Source: a virus (Duplodnaviria; Caudoviricetes). From it: a stretch of DNA of 64,000 bases. Numbering within the stretch: position 1 is the first letter of the stretch; every line of letters starts with the position of its first letter. Under the pieces are notes generated by a model. It was not told where the DNA came from and searched no databases. It was given only the letters and a program-made list of their open reading frames with translations. The position numbers and the translations under genes were made by a program. The stretch lies in IMG/VR virus record IMGVR_UViG_3300003320_000853; one strand, written 5' to 3'. Shown piece by piece: positions 63,218 through 64,000 of this stretch.

Positions 63218-63583
63218 GTGGCGAAGACCTTCAACTCCCGGCGCGAGGTGCTCCGGTACGCGAAGAAGCACCCCGAGAAAGTCGAGGGTATGCTTCGCGC
63301 TGCGGTCAAGAGGGCCTTCTGGTTCGACGCGGCCGTAGATCGGTTCCTCAATTCGACTCCGGAGACTCAACAACGATTTCTGGGCGAGTATGCCCGGGCC
63401 GAGTACAGGATCATCACAGAGAGCCAGATCGACATGATCCACTGGTGGCTCGCAGCCCAAGCGGCGGCGCCCACCGTGGCCGCGAACCGTGCGCGGAGGG
63501 CTCAGGAAAAGGCCCTTGATGAACATTCGAGAATGCCCACAGCCTGGGCGCATCTACTCCGGAGAGACCCGTGGAGCTCTTGA
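63218..63583 (+). CDS. Hypothetical protein with C-terminal tag (PTAWAHLLRRDPWSS)
   Basis: Tag. Confidence 0.65.
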   Translation: MAKTFNSRREVLRYAKKHPEKVEGMLRAAVKRAFWFDAAVDRFLNSTPETQQRFLGEYARAEYRIITESQIDMIHWWLAAQAAAPTVAANRARRAQEKALDEHSRMPTAWAHLLRRDPWSS

Positions 63584-63861
63584 CCGACATCCCGAAGAAC
63601 GAGGCTGACACGCAGAGGGGCTGGGGTCCCACGCGTCGCGACTGGTACTCCATCTGCTCGACGCACAGGCACTTCGAGCCGAAGTGCTCCCGGTGCCAGC
63701 GTGGGCAGTGGCTCAACTACTGGCGCTGGTGCGCGAACAGTGCCGTGTTCACGGTGGCTCCCGGCGTCTGGCGCTGGTGGGCGAACCTCCCGTGGAAAAA
63801 GCGGGCGTTCGTGCGGAAAATGCAGAGCTGGGGGTTCGAGAACTTCGGGAAGAAGCCATGA
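63580..63861 (+). CDS. Small Trp-rich Zn-binding protein
   Basis: WYSICSxH...CxxC..G.W, TTGA overlap (alternative GTG 63571). Confidence 0.55.
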   Translation: MTDIPKNEADTQRGWGPTRRDWYSICSTHRHFEPKCSRCQRGQWLNYWRWCANSAVFTVAPGVWRWWANLPWKKRAFVRKMQSWGFENFGKKP

Positions 63862-64000
63862 CTGACGAGGAATGGGCTGCCGCCTACGAGGAGAAGAAGG
63901 CCCGGGCGCGGGGCTTCGAGTGGTGCCAGAGGTTCGCCGAGGCGCTCGGAAAGAAGGGTCTCAAGGCGTTCGCCGGCCAGCAGTGGGACGGCTACTGCGA
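63858..64000 (+). CDS. Hypothetical protein, 3'-truncated
   Basis: ATGA overlap, open to the window end. Confidence 0.5.
   Translation, partial: MTDEEWAAAYEEKKARARGFEWCQRFAEALGKKGLKAFAGQQWDGYC

Noticed and set aside
12972-63583. The peptide tag as a DNA repeat, MITE or recombination site
   Set aside because: The underlying nucleotides differ at synonymous positions and in spacing. Only the amino-acid pattern and reading frame are conserved.
1-64000. CRISPR array, rRNA, transposase/integrase, or stop-codon reassignment
   Set aside because: No regularly spaced repeats or such genes were recognised. TAG, TGA and TAA all terminate well-defined genes at expected lengths.

Overview
A high-GC (roughly two-thirds), very gene-dense window with about 110 mostly short, unrelated ORFs on both strands. 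It shows no rRNA, tRNA, CRISPR array, transposase, replication or virion-structure genes. The content and layout best fit the accessory region of a jumbo phage or giant extrachromosomal element, and a few envelope proteins hint at a Myxococcota-type host (inference). Recognisable genes: NAMPT, a vWA protein, a T4 Imm-type protein, a divergent PurA, a degenerate Ser/Thr kinase, a GH25 muramidase, an SLT-like protein, an ABC-type ATPase, two 2H phosphoesterases, MazG-like, two AAA+ ATPases, a PncC-like/NadD-like fusion, an ADP-ribosylglycohydrolase, YccA/BI-1, and a frameshifted APRT. Three window-wide patterns stand out. (1) About 20 unrelated proteins carry the same short peptide tag, roughly [P/R]-T-[A/S]-[W/Y]-[E/D/Q]-[H/R]-L-L-x-[D/E]-D-P-F, usually at the extreme C-terminus. 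(2) Six other proteins carry a second N-terminal tag, roughly D-[D/N/P]-L-x-x-[Y/F]-W-[D/E]-x-[L/V]-x-P-P. (3) About 40 genes have GGTGTA 9-13 nt (mostly 10) before the start codon, which looks like one leaderless promoter regulon. That motif often doubles as the last codon plus stop of the upstream gene, or occurs as back-to-back divergent pairs. Counts and start sites were assigned by hand, and family calls rest on motif recognition, not database searches.
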